Of a stretch of DNA of 64,000 nt, positions 1-14,015 are shown piece by piece. Source of the stretch: Selaginella moellendorffii. Taxonomy: Eukaryota; Plantae; Lycopodiophyta. The notes beneath the pieces were generated by a model. That model was not told the DNA's origin. It searched no databases and saw only the letters and a list, made by a program, of their open reading frames with translations. The position numbers were made by a program, and so were the translations under genes. Position 1 is the stretch's first letter. Each line of letters starts with the position of its first letter. The stretch lies in NCBI RefSeq assembly GCF_000143415.4, contig NW_003314343.1:682813-746812 (forward strand), written 5' to 3'.

Positions 1-319
1 TATTCCCAATTGGGTCATTCCTCCACCTCCACCAGTGCATCTCGAGGATGGGTCTAAGTACGAGGTTCAGGACATCCTTGATTCCAAGATTTCACGGTCT
101 AAACTCTACTATCTGGTCGACTGGAAGGGTTACGGGCCTAAAGAACGCACTTGGGAACCTGCGGACAACCTGATTCATTCTCCTGACCTTGTTTAGGACT
201 TCCACCGCCGCTATCCTAGTCGTCCCAGTCCTCATTCTTTTTCTCCATCTCCCATCCCTCGCCGCTCATCTCATCCTCCTCGTTGTTCTCATTCACATTC
301 TCGTTCCACTCGTTCTTGA
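1..319 (+). mobile_element. 3' end of chromovirus (Ty3/gypsy) pol: chromodomain with premature stop
   Basis: Frame 2 reads [66 protein letters not shown]. TAG at 194-196, next stop TGA 317-319, followed by a PPT. Confidence 0.9.
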
Positions 320-330
320 GGAGGGGGTGC

Positions 331-717
331 TGTCAGGAATCCCCCAATTCTTGCCACATTCCTGACTCTCGCCGGATTCCTGACCTGCAGACCACATTCC
401 TGATTCTCGAGACACTTCCCTATTCCTGACTCTCGAGACACTTCCCTATTCCTGACTCTCAAGACACTTCCCGATTCCTGAGTCTCGAGCCACATTCCTG
501 ATATTGATGTGGCGCCTCCTCGACCTCAGCTATATTTAGGCCGTCCTCGATCCAAGAGTGGTGGAGCTTCATCAACCTATAGTATATATAGGTTAGCCTT
601 GTTCCATTTCTCCACAATCTGAATCAACACCAGTCTAAGGCCTCTTCTTTGTTTTCACTAGCTTTTTCTCTTTGTCTTAGCATTTTCCAGTCTTTGATTT
701 TGTTGGGGGTCTTGACA
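331..717 (+). mobile_element. 3' LTR of the chromovirus element (PPT GAGGAGGGGG at 318-327)
   Basis: Starts TGTCA just after the PPT and ends TGACA at 717 (a duplicate end lies at 736). Contains ~25-bp tandem repeats and a TATATA box near 583. Confidence 0.8.
356..500 (+). repeat. ~25-bp tandem repeat (TCCTGACTCTCGAGACACTTCCCTA-like) inside the LTR
   Basis: About five or six imperfect units visible directly. Confidence 0.85.
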
Positions 718-3700
718 GTTGTTGGGGGTCTTGACAGTGATGTCCACTTTGATTTTGTGTTGCAAGTCGTCGTAGAGGATTGTGATGGCTTTGCTAGCTG
801 ACTTATGCATCTTGAGAGTTGAGATGAGAAACTGGAGCTTTGGCTTCACCTCATCAATGACATTGCTCATTTGAAGTGAGCTTCTAGAGTTGTAATTCTC
901 GATAATCTTGATGCATCCCGGTGGCATCCCTTTTGTTTGCAATATAGAATGTGACTTGCTTTCTGCCAATTGGAAGCTTGAATACCCATGCAATGTAGCC
1001 CGTGGTGAAGATATATTCGTGTTCTTGGGCACACACCATTTCTTCTCAAAAAGCTGGAAGCATTTTCTTCATGATGTCGATCTTGTATTCTTTCTCCATG
1101 ATGCAGGAAAACTCATAGAGGCCAATCTTGCACAGCTAGTCATCTAGTGCCCTTGTCCTATTCCATGCTAGATTACAGGTGAAGAGGAGATTTGTGCTCT
1201 CTAGACTCACTGTTGTTGGCTTGAAGATGAACTCCTTTGTGAGAGGGCATGTTGTCATACTGCATTGCTTCCCCATAGCTTGATCTCGGTGCTTAGAGAT
1301 ACAGTTGCATGTGCTAGGGTTAGGGTTTTGCCCTTTGCTCTAGAGTGTTGAGTTCGAGTCTCTATAATAACTTTCTTGAGTTTTCTTTTTGTTGGTGTGG
1401 TAGTGTTGGGGAAGCTTGCTTCATGTTAGTCTTTGGCATGCTTGTTAATGAGTCTTGAGAGATTCATTGTCTCTAAGTCTTGTTTTTGGTTAAAGTTCTT
1501 CAAGTTGTTGTTTTTCTTCATGTTTCTTTATTGAGCTTGATTCTTTAAAGTTTTTCTTGTGTTGGCTTTTTAATTTGAGCTTCATGTTTCTTGATTGTGT
1601 TGAGTTCTTGAGCTTGACCTTTATAAATCTTGAATGTGTTGAATTCTTGAGGTCGAGTCTTCATACTCTTGATCTCTCGATCTTCATGCTTATAGTTCTT
1701 CTTGATCTTCAAAGTTGAAACCTTCATTTCTTTCAAGGTTTCTGTTGATGATGTTGCTATTGAACAGTTGATATTTCTTGAGCTTGTTAAAGTTGACAAT
1801 TTAGAGATGTTTGCCATCAAGTGTTGCAATTGTTGTTGTTCTTAGAGCTTTGAATTCTTGGATGAGGAATGGTCTTTCCCATCTTGACTTTACTTTGGAG
1901 CCGATTTTCTCAATGTTTCCTGGAAACTAAAGTACTTGATCATTGATTTTGAATTCTTCATTTTTCTTTAGTTTTCTCTTTCTATCATGGTTGATTTTTC
2001 TTTATGCTTGAATGGCTTTGAGTGTCTAAATTGCTTGTAATCTTTCTTCATTAAGTTTTTCTAGCATTGCTAGTCTTCTTTTGATTGATTCTTCTTGGTT
2101 GATCTCGTAGTGTATTGTCATTTGCAATGAAGGAACGATATACTTGAGTGGTGTCAAGGCTTCTAATCTGTATGCGAGCTTGAATAGTGCCAAATTTGTT
2201 GAAACCTTGTATGTTGTTTAATATACCTATAGGGTGTCATAGATACAATCGTCCCAATCTTTTTAATTTGTCTTCACGATTTTTTCTTGAGGATGTTCTT
2301 AAGTGTTTTGTTTGTAAACTCTGCTTGACCATTGGCTTGAGGGTAATACGATGTTGAAGCCTTGTGCTTGATCGTGAATTCTTGAGTTAAAATCTTGATA
2401 ATCATGAAATTCAATTTTTCTCCAATGCTTGAGCATATGTAGAGAGAACAAATGTCCATGAAACTACATTTTTATAATACATAAAAAGTAAAAATGGACT
2501 TCTCAAGCTGGCCAGAATATAGGTTTTGTTGATGAAGTGTGTTCTTCAATCCATGACGAGTTCTCGAGGTAGGCCGTATCTTAGATGAACTTTGCTGTGT
2601 TCTTTACTGTTGCAATCTTTATTGGTTGAGCTTTGGCCCATTTTGTCATGTAGTTAGTCGCTATGAGGATGTGTTTGTTTCGCTTGGAGGTTGTTATGAG
2701 TGGTTTAACAAAGTCGAGTCCCCATCGTTAAAATGGTTCTAGTGGCATTATTGGATGAAGCTCTTGAGTTTTTTTCTTTGGTGTGTACTTAGTTCGTTGA
2801 TAAATGTTGCATTTTGCTGAGTCATGCCAAAGTGTTGGCCACCAAAGTCTTGCTTGCAAAATCTTGCGAGCTATGATTTCTTTTACAACGTGGCCTCCTA
2901 CTTGTCCATAGTGGCCTTCTTTGAGTAGATCTTGAGTTTCTTCAGATTGTACACATTTTCATAATATGTTGTCTTGTCCTTTCTTGTACAGTCTTCCTCC
3001 CAATATGGTCTTGTCCCCAAGACAAATTGTTTATGATGATCAAAGGTGGAGTATCGACTTGGTATTGTTGTTGTTGTGAGGTAGTAATAGATGTCGTCCA
3101 TCTATGTTGGTGATGTGTGGATGCAAAGTATGTTGAAGTCAGGAAAGTCATCCATGTTGTATTGTGGTTGTTCGCTAGTTGTAATGTAGCTAAGGTGGTT
3201 AGCTTGTTCATGTTGTTTGTCGGGTTTGTGAATATTCTCAAAGTTGTATTCTTGAAGCAATAAGAACAATTGGGCAATTCTACTGGTGAGGATGGTTTTG
3301 TTAAGGAAGTGTAGAAGTGCTTTGTGGTTGACTATGATCTTAACTTTAGTGCTGAGTAGGTAGTGTCAAAACTTTTGTAGTGTATAGACCATTCCTAAAG
3401 TTTCTTTTTCGGTGGTGATGTAATTCATCTCAGTTTAGTTGAGTCTTTGGCTAGTATAGTAGATTGGTCGATCTTTGAGGTCTTATTGTAATTGAGAAAA
3501 TATTGCTCCGATGGTGTAGTTAGAGGCATCAACTTGTGTGCTAAAATCTTTGTCCCAGTTTGGTGGGGCGAGTATTGGAGCTCTTGTTATGGAATTCTTG
3601 AGCATGTCAAATGCTTGTTGACAGTCTTGAGTCCAGATGTAGATGTGATTTTTCTTCAAAAGCTTTATGAGGGGTTTTGCAATTTTGATGAAGCGTCGAT

Positions 3701-6058
3701 GGTATCCCATTTTGCCGAGGAAGGATCGTAATTTGGTGATGTTTGTTGGATGTTGCATATTGATGATGGCAAGTGTTTTAGCTTTGTCAATGAGGATGCC
3801 TTCTTTGCAAATGATGTGTCCAAGTAAGATGCCAGATTTGACGAAGAGGTAGATTTCTCAGGGTTTAAGGCGATGTTATTCTCTCACCATCTGATGAAGC
3901 ATTTCTCGAGATGTTGGAGATGTTATTCTTTACTGCTAAAGACGATGAAGTCATCTATAAAAACTCACATAAAGTCAATGAGGTAATCTCAAAATGTGTC
4001 AGTGATGATACTTTGGAAAGTAAACAATGCATTAGAAAGATAAAAAAACATTCATAAATATGCATAAACACCCTAATAACTAATGAAGGCTGTCTTGTGC
4101 TAATCTTTAGGTGCAATATAAACTTGATTATATCCGTCAAGAAATAAGTACATTTTGTGTCTAGCTATTGTGTTAAGAATTTTATTGGAAAATAGAATTG
4201 GGAAGGTGTCTTTTCAAGTTGCATCATTAAGCTTTTTGTAGTTGACGTAGACTCTGAGTTTACTGCTTTTCTTGGGGACAATAACAAGTGGTGATAGCCA
4301 TTTTGGATTTTGAATTGATTAGATGAAGCCAACATTCTCGAGCTTGTCAAATTCTTCTTTAACTTTCGCTTGCATGTTGAAAGCTGTTTGCTTTCTTGGT
4401 ATAGTTTGAGGTAGAAGCTCGATTCGGTGCATGTAGATCTCAGGAGGAATTCCTCGCAAATTTATATATAACCAAGTGAAAACATCTTTGTACCTATTGA
4501 GAAAATTGATTGCTTTTGTCTTGAAGTTATAGTCAAGGTCTTTGGCAATGTAGAGCTTATTTGGTTTATCTTCAGTTCCTAAGTCAATTTCTTCAATTGA
4601 CTCTTCAAGATTGAGGATTAATGTGAATCGAGTTTCTTTTTGTCAAATGCTAGGTCTTCTTCAAGATGGATTTGTTGATAAATCGGTTGGAGTTGTTCAG
4701 GTTTGATTCCTGGTCGATCTCATTGCTTCTTGATTTTTGTTGGTGTGTCGATGGGTGTCAAGTTTTCGTGACTTAGGAATTTACCTTTAAGGTTGTTTTT
4801 TTGAGTATCAGGATTTGTTGTGCAGTGTGTACTGTTCTTTAGGATTACTTAGTTGAGATCAACTTTGATGAAAGGCTTTAACTCTGGATATGCCTTCAAG
4901 CTTTGTGCTTCTTCGTAGTCGTTAAGACCTTCATTCCAGCCGTACTGTTCAATGATGGTTGGTTAAAATTTCTTTACAATCGTCTTTGTTGTAGTTGTGG
5001 AGATTCAAGGGGTTTCTTGATGCTTTCCAAAGGTAATTGTGTTCTTTCTCCAGTATGTGACAACATTAGTTGTATTGAGCCAAGTTCGTCTGAAGAGTAC
5101 TTTATAGGAACTCTAGTCTTTTGCCATTTTGAGCACAATAAAAGTTACCTTAAATTCTTGATCTTTGATCTTGATAGGAATGTTTTGCACGATTCCTGAT
5201 GGTTGTACACTTCGATTGTCAACCATTTTGACATTGAAGGGTGTAGGGTGGATTGGCCCAAGTCCCCTTGCTTTGCAGGTTGAATACTTGATGATGTTGA
5301 CACTTACTTCGCTATTGATAATTGTTTGTGGAACTTGGTTCTTTCCTATCATGATTGGGATGTATGATACATCTTTGTCAAAATCGCCAGGTTGAATGTT
5401 GGTCTTGTGGGACAAAGAGGTGTTGATCTTTTTCTTGACTTAAGCTGAATTTGCTAGTGGCAATGCTTGACATATCTTGAGAAGTTGTTTTTTCAAGTAG
5501 GGAGTGACCTGTAAAAGCTCTTGAAGGGTGAGTGTGATACCTTGTCAAAGAATGTTGGTGATGAGCTCTAGTTGTTCCTTTTTTCTTGATAGAGTCTGTA
5601 TCGCAATTTCTTGATTGTCTTCAATTTCAAGTTGTTGTTATTAAAGGTTTTGCTAGATTGTGTCAACTAGCTTTTTTCTTTGTTACCATTTGTGTCTAGA
5701 GATTTCTTGTACTTCTTCTTGGAACTTTTGTTCTTCAATTTCTTCATCGAGGTTGTCTCTAAGGTTGTAGTGTCCTTTTTTACTTCGAGTTAAAGCTTGT
5801 ACCTTAAGTTCATTTTCACAGTGTTCATCTTGGCAACAATCTCAAATATTTGGTCCTAATTGATCATCGCATTAGCATCCAGAGTGGACACACTGGTAAA
5901 AAGAGGAAATGAAGGGAAGATTGCCCAAGAACATGCTCTTTTGCAGTTCTTTACACTTGAAAGTGATGTTGGTGAAGATGAATAGACTTGGAAACCACCA
6001 ATATGGCTCTAGCATCACTTTTCCAAGAGTGACAGAATGTGTACCTCCTCGAGTCCCT

Positions 6059-7871
6059 TGTAAGTGACTAAGTTTTTCCATTTTACTCTAGTCACTTAAC
6101 CGCACCTCCGACCACTTGGAGGAGTCTCATTCACAACCTCCATAAGTCCCCATTAGGACTTGGGGCTTGCTAGCCCCGAGAATGGCATCCATGCCACTCC
6201 ATATTTGCACTTGGTCCAAGTGCTCCACGTGTCCGATCCCATGACCGACACCCCAAGGTACCCCCGACATATCGGCCCGTTACGCTAAGGCCATGCCTAT
6301 TCACCTTGATCACACCGGTGGTCTAACACCACCTGCATCATAGTCCCGTCTCTCAAAGACTGGGCCATCCATCCATGAGCGATCATCCTAGATCTACTCC
6401 TTAGCATCCTTAGGATGCCCGCAAACATGGGGAATAGCCTTCCCCGACAACTCTTTTCCAGTCCCCACCAAATCCCTTTTAGTCCATGGTCGTGTTCGCC
6501 AACACTGCCACTGGATCAAGGCTCGCAGGCCCGACTGCTAAGTCCCACTATCCTTTGGGACTTCCTCACCATGTGATCATATCCTTAGTCATTGCATTAG
6601 AGGCCTACTCCTCTTCCCTTTCACCGTTTGGGATTTTGGGACAATATTTCGGAACACCGTGGCCTTACACAAGCCTCATGGGTACTCTCCCCGCCTTTCG
6701 CTTTTAGGTGCTCTAGCCATGGGCTTAGAGCGAGGTTCCGTTGAGCCACGACAGGTATCCAAGTAGGTAGTGCCATCCACACTTGGACTAGGAGCATTGG
6801 CCAATCGATCTCCCGGGGGAACTAGAGCCGGCTCTTGAACACTTCACCAAGCTACCCCGCTTGTCGGTTTGTATTCACTCTAGTCTTGGACTTCCCAGTG
6901 GGCAGCTCATCACCCAACACTGGGTCCGGCCTTCCTAGGCCAAACTAGCCTTTCCTGGCCAAACTGGCTCCACTGCAGTCCTCCCCTTATTATACTTTTG
7001 GAGCTCACCAAACCCCCCAGGGTCTGGGAGACGAACGCTTTGGGCTTTCACCCTCTCAGACTCGAACTCGAACTCGGACTCAGACTCGGACTCGGACTCG
7101 GACTCGGACTTGGACTCGGGCTTGGGCTCGGTCTCGGCCTCGTCCTTGGTCTCGGTCTCGGTCCCGGTCTCGGTCTCGGTCTCGGTCTTGACTTCGGACT
7201 CCATCTCGGTCTTGACTTCGGACTCCATCTCGGGTCCATCTCGGACTCCATCTTGGGTCCATCTCAGACTCCATCTCGTGTCCATCTCGTGTCCATCTCG
7301 GACTCCATCTCAAACTCCATCTCAAACTCCATCTCGTGTCCATCTCGGGTCCATCTCGGACTCCATTTTAGATCCATCTCGGACTCCATCTCGGACTCCA
7401 TTTCGGGTCCATTTCGGGTCCATCTCAGGCCCACCTCGGACTCCATCTCGGACTCCACCTCAGACTCCACCTTGGACTCCATCTCAGACTCCATCTCGGA
7501 CTCCATCTCGGGTCCATCTCGGACTCCATCTCGGGTTCGTCTCGGACTCAATCTCGGATCCATCTCAGACTCCATCTCGGACTCCATCTCGGGTCCATCT
7601 CGGACTCCATCTCGGGTCCATCTCGAACTCCATCTTGGACACTTCCACGTGTCATGTGTTGGTTTTTTTGGGTCTCTTTTTGGAGCCTCGCTTATTGCTC
7701 GCTTCGTGCTCGCTCCTCGAGCACTTTGTTAGGAGTTCCACTCCCACTCTTGACCTTTCAAGTCGGAGCTTTTAGTCCAAATGTGTTATGCTCGTTTGGT
7801 TTTCACTTCGGCCACCACCACATGGCACCCTTCCGGCTCCACTTTGGGGCCTAGGGATTTTGTGTCTCACA
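6059..7871 (+). mobile_element. Solo LTR, family A (1813 bp), with 5-bp TSD TCCCT
   Basis: TG(TAAGTGAC)...(GTGTCTCA)CA flanked by TCCCT at 6054-6058 and 7872-7876. Homologous to 56929-58875 in opposite orientation. Strand is relative only. Confidence 0.9.
7056..7640 (+). repeat. Hexamer/dodecamer tandem array (GACTCG, GTCTCG, GGACTCCATCTC) inside the family A LTR
   Basis: Seen directly. It produces the spurious ESEM/SISD ORFs. Confidence 0.95.
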
Positions 7872-10800
7872 TCCCTCACCTCAAACTCCCCACTGGGACT
7901 TTGACCACATGGACCACGATGGACACGGACTTGAGCTTCATTTCAACTCTATTATTGTTTTTGTCGAGGTTGATTGTACTGTCTTTTAGTTGGAGTAGAA
8001 ATTCAAAGTGTGTTCTTGATTCGAGTGACTTCAACTGTTCCATAGTATGGACAAATCTTTGTTGTGTGTCCTCTTTTGCAGGTTTGACACTTATGAATTA
8101 ATAATTTATATTCTGTGGTGGTGTATCTTTTGTTATTGCATTTCGTACACCATACTCTTTTTTTTTGTTCTTAATTGTAACTTTCTTGAGTATTTTGGTG
8201 AGTTCTTGATTCTTATTTTTCTTCTTAACTTCAAGTTTATATTCTTCTTTGTCATGAGAAGAGTCATCAATCCTTGATGTTTTTGCTCTTGAAAATTTTT
8301 AGAGCTGTTTTTTGAGATTCTTGATTTTCTTAAAGATCTCATCGATGGTGTTCACAGCATCTGGATCTTCTTCTATGCTTGCTAAAGTAACCATTTTTTA
8401 GTAGATCTTCTTCAATCCCTGTACATACGAAATGTATTTACCTTGTTTAGTGAATAAATATTTGTAGTGTTTTGTGTGATATTTGAATCTTCGGGTATAG
8501 TTTTCAATATCTTCTTTACTACCTTATTTGACGCTCTTGAGGTGTTCTAGATGTTGGTGATAGTGGATACGATTGATAATTATTGGTGGTGTAGCCTTTG
8601 TATTTTAGAGTCTTTAGTGGTGGTATATCTTTGTCTAGTTATAAATCTTCTATTGTTGAATTGTCTTTTAATCTTGTTGTAGTTATGTAGCTTGATTTGC
8701 TGACTTGTGTTGCTTAATTTATTTTGTCATAGATGTTGAATATTGTCTCAAGAATTTCTTCTTGAGTTTGAGTTTTCTGTTGTTTGTCTAATATTGAAGA
8801 GTTGGTAGAGTTATCTTCTACTTTCTCGATTTTCTTGTTGTTGATCTTGCTTTTATTGGGTTTGTACTTGTACATTCAATATTGTGTTAGAGTTTTCTTG
8901 AGTTGTTGCTTTCTTAAATTTAGTTTTTTGAATTTGTTTTATTAGGTTTATTATTGTTGTCTTTAGTTTGTTGTGTTCTTCTCGAGGAAATATTGTATAG
9001 TTATAGAATCATATAGTGTAGACTAACACAATCTTGTGTGTTGGTATTTGTGTTGCTATGTCGTACTCAACTCAGTAAAGTTGATCAGTCGTCAACAAAG
9101 TCATTTCTCACCAACTTTGGGATAAAACAGGAGTGCATACTATGGCTACTCTTTTATAAGTCTTTGTTGTGTTAAATTGTTGTAAAGTAATTGTGACCTA
9201 CCTTTAATTGTGTTGTATAAAGTTTTGTGTATCCTCACTATAAACGTCCGCATTTTCTAATTAATGGTGATATTCAAAAAGTTTAAGCTGAGTAGTGGTT
9301 TTATTTTAAATGTTGTTGTCCTTAAAATTGTTGTTGAAATAGATTTTCAGATTCTTAATTCTTGTATTCTTCTATCTTTTATTGTAGTCCATGCGTCAAG
9401 ATATGAATTCCAACAGATTTCTTGATTTAATAATTACAATGTTTGGGGGTGTATTCAGCATTCTTTTGCCCAAGTTCCTTTTTGTATTTTTTCATCTTGT
9501 AATTCATATATGGCTAAGCTAATGGGTGTAACTTATCTGTTGAAGAATTGTTATCCAATGATTTCTTTGATTTGTTGTAGTAAAAAGATTTGAAGTTTTT
9601 GTAGATTTGTTGTACTTTATGCTGATTGTAATGTTGTTTTTCTTCTCTTTGGTAAATATATTCTTGAATTTAGATAGATGTTGGAGATTCAAGAAAGGTT
9701 GAGGATGATTCTTCATATATAGATTCTAGTTTTGTCTTAATTTCTTACAAACTTCTCATAGTGGATGATAATTCTATAGCGAATTGGTGTATGTGTTTCT
9801 TGATTTTGTTGGTTGTAGGCTTTGTTGAAGATTCTTTTTTGAATCTTGAGAGGTAGATTCTTGAGTGCTTTCAAAAGTCTTTTTGTATCTTGCATTGAAA
9901 TGTAATAAATGTTATGGTTGTGATTTCTTTGATTTTCACGTCTTTTTCTTTTGATTCTATTGTGCTATTGTCTTTGGTAGTCTTGTATTTCTTGAGTTTC
10001 TTGTTGTGATACTTCAATGATTTCTTGAACTTTTCTTAGGATTATTTCAATGATGATTGTGCTTTGGTTTCATAATCTGGCTATAGGAATTTCAGTGATG
10101 AGTCAAATTAGTATTGTTGCAGTGATGTTGACCTTCTGAATTTATTTGTGAATTTGAGAGTTGGTATTTTTTACGTTGGTCTGAATGACTGTGATTAGAA
10201 TTTCGGTGCTTCAAACTGGATCTTAAGGTTGAGCTCTTCGAGTTTGTATATAAGCTTGAACTCGAGGTTGTTCTCATACTTGTTGACATAATAGTTGTCC
10301 TAGAATTCGTATTTTTATTTGTTGTGGTTGAGCTCTCAAGTGCGGTGGAACTCTCAGATATAGTGGGAGATAAAGTTAAGGTTGTTCATTTGTAACAGAT
10401 CTTCTAATCTCGAGATTTTTTGTTGGTATAGGTTGATGGCAGAGTCAATAGTCTCTAATTTTGTTGATGTGCATTACTGTGCTTCAATATACATAGTCAT
10501 AAACTCAAGTAAGCATTGTTGTTAGTAGTGTGTTGCTAATTGGTCCTTGCAGTAATCAAAGTAAAATCGTTATGTTTTCTTGAGTGTTGAGATTTCTTTG
10601 TTTAGTAAGAAGTTGATAGATTTGTTGTTTGACAATCCTATTTTGGTTGCTGCTAGCACTCAAGAAAGCTGAATATCAAGTAATTGGTATGAAATTTTCT
10701 TGTATATGTGTTCTTAAGAAATTGATAAAAGTGTGATAGAAAATATAACCTTGGTTTACCCATGTTAATCTTTGGACTGTTGCAAAGTGATCAAACCAAA

Positions 10801-11084
10801 TGTAATCTTGCTTGTGCATGCTTCCATCCTTCTTAGTCCTCTTTCTTCTCTACTGTTTTATTAACTTCCTCTTTGTCTTTAATTCTTATAGTTTTCTTGC
10901 TTTAGTAAGCACATTTCTTCTTTGGGTAGCACTCGGTGTATAGTTTAATGCAATCTTGGAAACCATAAAAAAGACAATCTTCATATTTTGTACATATTTG
11001 ATCTCTAAAGGGATAGTTATATTGCTTCATTTGCTATTATAAACTTCCTTGACTCTCAAAAAAATATTCTTGAGTGTTTGTTAA

Positions 11085-13068
11085 GAAAAAAAGTCTCAAC
11101 CAAATAATTTCTTTGGTAGCATATATGATTCCATTATATTCTGCTTTACATGTTAAAAGAGCTTCTGATATTTGCTTCTTGCAAGAGTATGAAATTGCTT
11201 ATGTACTTTAGATTTCAACACTGCTTAAAGTTGTTATTTAGGCAAGATGGGCAAAAGCAAGACATAGTCATTACTTTAATTTTGTAGTCTTCATGAATAT
11301 TATCTCCCCATACAAAATGCAACTTTTATATCCTTTTCACTGTCTCACACTTTAGTTTCTTGCTTTGATCCACTAATCTATAAGCCCTGCCAACTTTTAC
11401 TTTTCACTGTCTTTCACTTTAGTTTCTTGCTTTGATCCACTACTGTGTTATCTATAAGCTAAAAGGATTTGCCAAATACCTTTTTCCCACAACTTCTAGT
11501 GACTTTTGAGCAATGTTTAATGAACAAAATGACAATCAAAAACAATTCGTAATAAAAGTGCATCATTGATTTAAACCTTGCATAAGTTTAAACACACATA
11601 AGTGATGAAAAGTGCCTATCCTTGTCAACTCGGTTTCAATATCAGTAGCAACTCCATCATGTTCACCCTTCTCATGGCCCTGAAAAAGTTCTAAACCATG
11701 TCAATGTTAAAGTCCTTGAAGTGCTCAAGGCAGTGTTGAACAAGTGCATTTTATTATAATTGGCATTTAACAAGTAAAAGTAATAATACTTTGTCACTTC
11801 ATCACTTTTTAGAACACATGAGTAAGTGATGTGTGTTTACTTGTTCATTTTCCAAACATTTTGTTTTCCTTCGTTTGTCTCACAGAGGAATATCCAAAAG
11901 TATGGCATAAAAACCTAGAAAAAGGGAAGTGAAAAACCTAAGGGTACAATGGGTGCGAGGAGGAAGACAACGACGACACTGCCGCAGGAGCTTGTGGAGG
12001 AGATATTGCTCAAGCTGCCCTACTCGTCGCTCATCATTGCCAGGTCCGTTTGCAAGGCGTGGAAAGCAGCGGCGGACAGCTCCAGCGTCAAGAGCAGATA
12101 CAGGGACAGTGGTCACTTCTTCGCCGATGCCAATTCCATCACGGACAGCAGCGACAAGCTCATGCGATGGGCGCCGCGCGGTGATAGTCCGGATGTGCTG
12201 TGCGCAATCTCGTCCGCGGACCAGCGTTGCTTGCTGGCTCGCTCTACACAACAGAGGAAGCTCTACCTTGGGAATCCTTTTCTCAACGTGTGGCAAGAGA
12301 TTCCCTACAAGGTTTTCGGCGACTGGTCCAGGGCTTGCATCCTGCGCAACAAGATTGTGGTGTGGTGCGCTGATGGCACGCTTTTCACCTGGACACAAGG
12401 AGACGAGGGTTGGTCCAACATCGAAAGTCCTGTGGCTGAAGAATCCGAATCTGACTCCGAAACTGAAGTTGTGTTGAAGCCTGTGGTGAATGGCAACAAA
12501 CTGTTTTGCCTGGATTCCTTGCGCTACCCGAATCTGTTGGAGTTCGACACCACAAGTAATAGCTTCTCGTATACTGAGAATGTCTTGCCCAATGGCGAGG
12601 ACAATTACCTCGCCGGCGCTTGGAAGTCCAAGCTCTACGTAGGGATAGTGATTGACAGCGAGCGTAAGGTCCAGATCTTGGAGCTTGAGCGGGAACGTAG
12701 CGTGGTGCTCAGGCTGGTGAGCGAGTATGTGATTGATTTCCAGGCCAATGACGGGGTCTGGTTCATTGGTCAATCTGGGAAATACCTGAATTTTTGCGGG
12801 GAAGATTGCCACTTGAAGAAGACGGAGACGACCTACTTCTCCTACGACATGGATGCCGGGACTTGGGACAAGCAAATGCACCGGGCTGCCTCCGCAGCTG
12901 TCAACATAGTGTTACATTGATCTCGTTTGTCAAAACAATTGTACAAAGCCTTGCATTCCTGTACTAAGCCTTCCATTTTCTTGGGGATGATTAATTATTG
13001 CGGTATTTTAAAATCAAATCTCGTCAAATGGCAAAAAAGGAATGTTCTCAAAATTGATACACCATTTT
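11085..13068 (+). repeat. Segmental duplication unit, copy 1 (copia fragment, upstream region, F-box gene, 3' UTR)
   Basis: Near-identical to ~19520-21510 over the upstream ~850 bp, the CDS and part of the 3' flank. Confidence 0.9.
11949..12920 (+). CDS. Intronless F-box protein (323 aa)
   Basis: N-terminal F-box LPQELVEEILLKLPYSSLIIARSVCKAWKA, then a beta-rich Kelch/FBA-like C-terminus (LGNPFLNVWQEIP). Confidence 0.9.
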   Translation: MGARRKTTTTLPQELVEEILLKLPYSSLIIARSVCKAWKAAADSSSVKSRYRDSGHFFADANSITDSSDKLMRWAPRGDSPDVLCAISSADQRCLLARSTQQRKLYLGNPFLNVWQEIPYKVFGDWSRACILRNKIVVWCADGTLFTWTQGDEGWSNIESPVAEESESDSETEVVLKPVVNGNKLFCLDSLRYPNLLEFDTTSNSFSYTENVLPNGEDNYLAGAWKSKLYVGIVIDSERKVQILELERERSVVLRLVSEYVIDFQANDGVWFIGQSGKYLNFCGEDCHLKKTETTYFSYDMDAGTWDKQMHRAASAAVNIVLH

Positions 13069-13567
13069 TAAACTTCACATTACAGTGTGTTTAATACCTT
13101 GTTTGTTGTAATCCTTTTATAATGCAAATAGATTGTGGCAGGAATATATTATTATGGATATTCTAATAACCACTCTAAGTATGCTACTTACAGCTAAAAT
13201 CATTTTTATGTAGAGATGAAAGTGAAATATTAGTAGAACTTAGGGATGGAGGTGAAAATTAATATGAATGCTAAGAGGCCAAGTATGAGTACTAGTGCTT
13301 TGAGCCATTCCTATACTAAACTTTCCAACATTCCAAGGAACTCTATGATAACTATAACTTTTCTTGGAAATTTGTAGAGTAAGTTTTAGTTTTGGGAATG
13401 AAGTTTATTTATTATAACAATGATAATACTTAAATTTTTGAAATGTTCAATCTTAAAAATAAGACTTTATAATCATAGCTTTTTTGTAAGCAAAAGATCT
13501 TCTAGAATTTTAGATTATCATGTATACATATGCTAGAATATCTATCATTCTTATGAAAATCTCCTCC

Positions 13568-14015
<448 letters not shown>

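Larger units (their letters stand above)
737..10900 (-). mobile_element. Large, heavily degenerated Ty3/gypsy retrotransposon (PR-RT-RNaseH-INT), interrupted by a solo LTR
   Basis: Minus-strand remnants: protease (5113-5415, IINSEVSVNII...VKMVDNRSVQPSG), RT (LDGYNQV ~4130, FIDDF ~3955), RNase H (LRSFLG..GYHRRFI, QVDAS; 3483-3758), integrase (YYPQANGQAE; 2274-2459). Many stops and frameshifts. Outer boundaries are approximate. Confidence 0.8.

Noticed and set aside
7056-7640. CRISPR-like or protein-coding interpretation of the 12-bp array (also 57165-57665 and 59730-60000)
   Set aside because: No unique spacers and no cas genes. It lies inside an LTR, and its ORFs in all frames are repeat artefacts.
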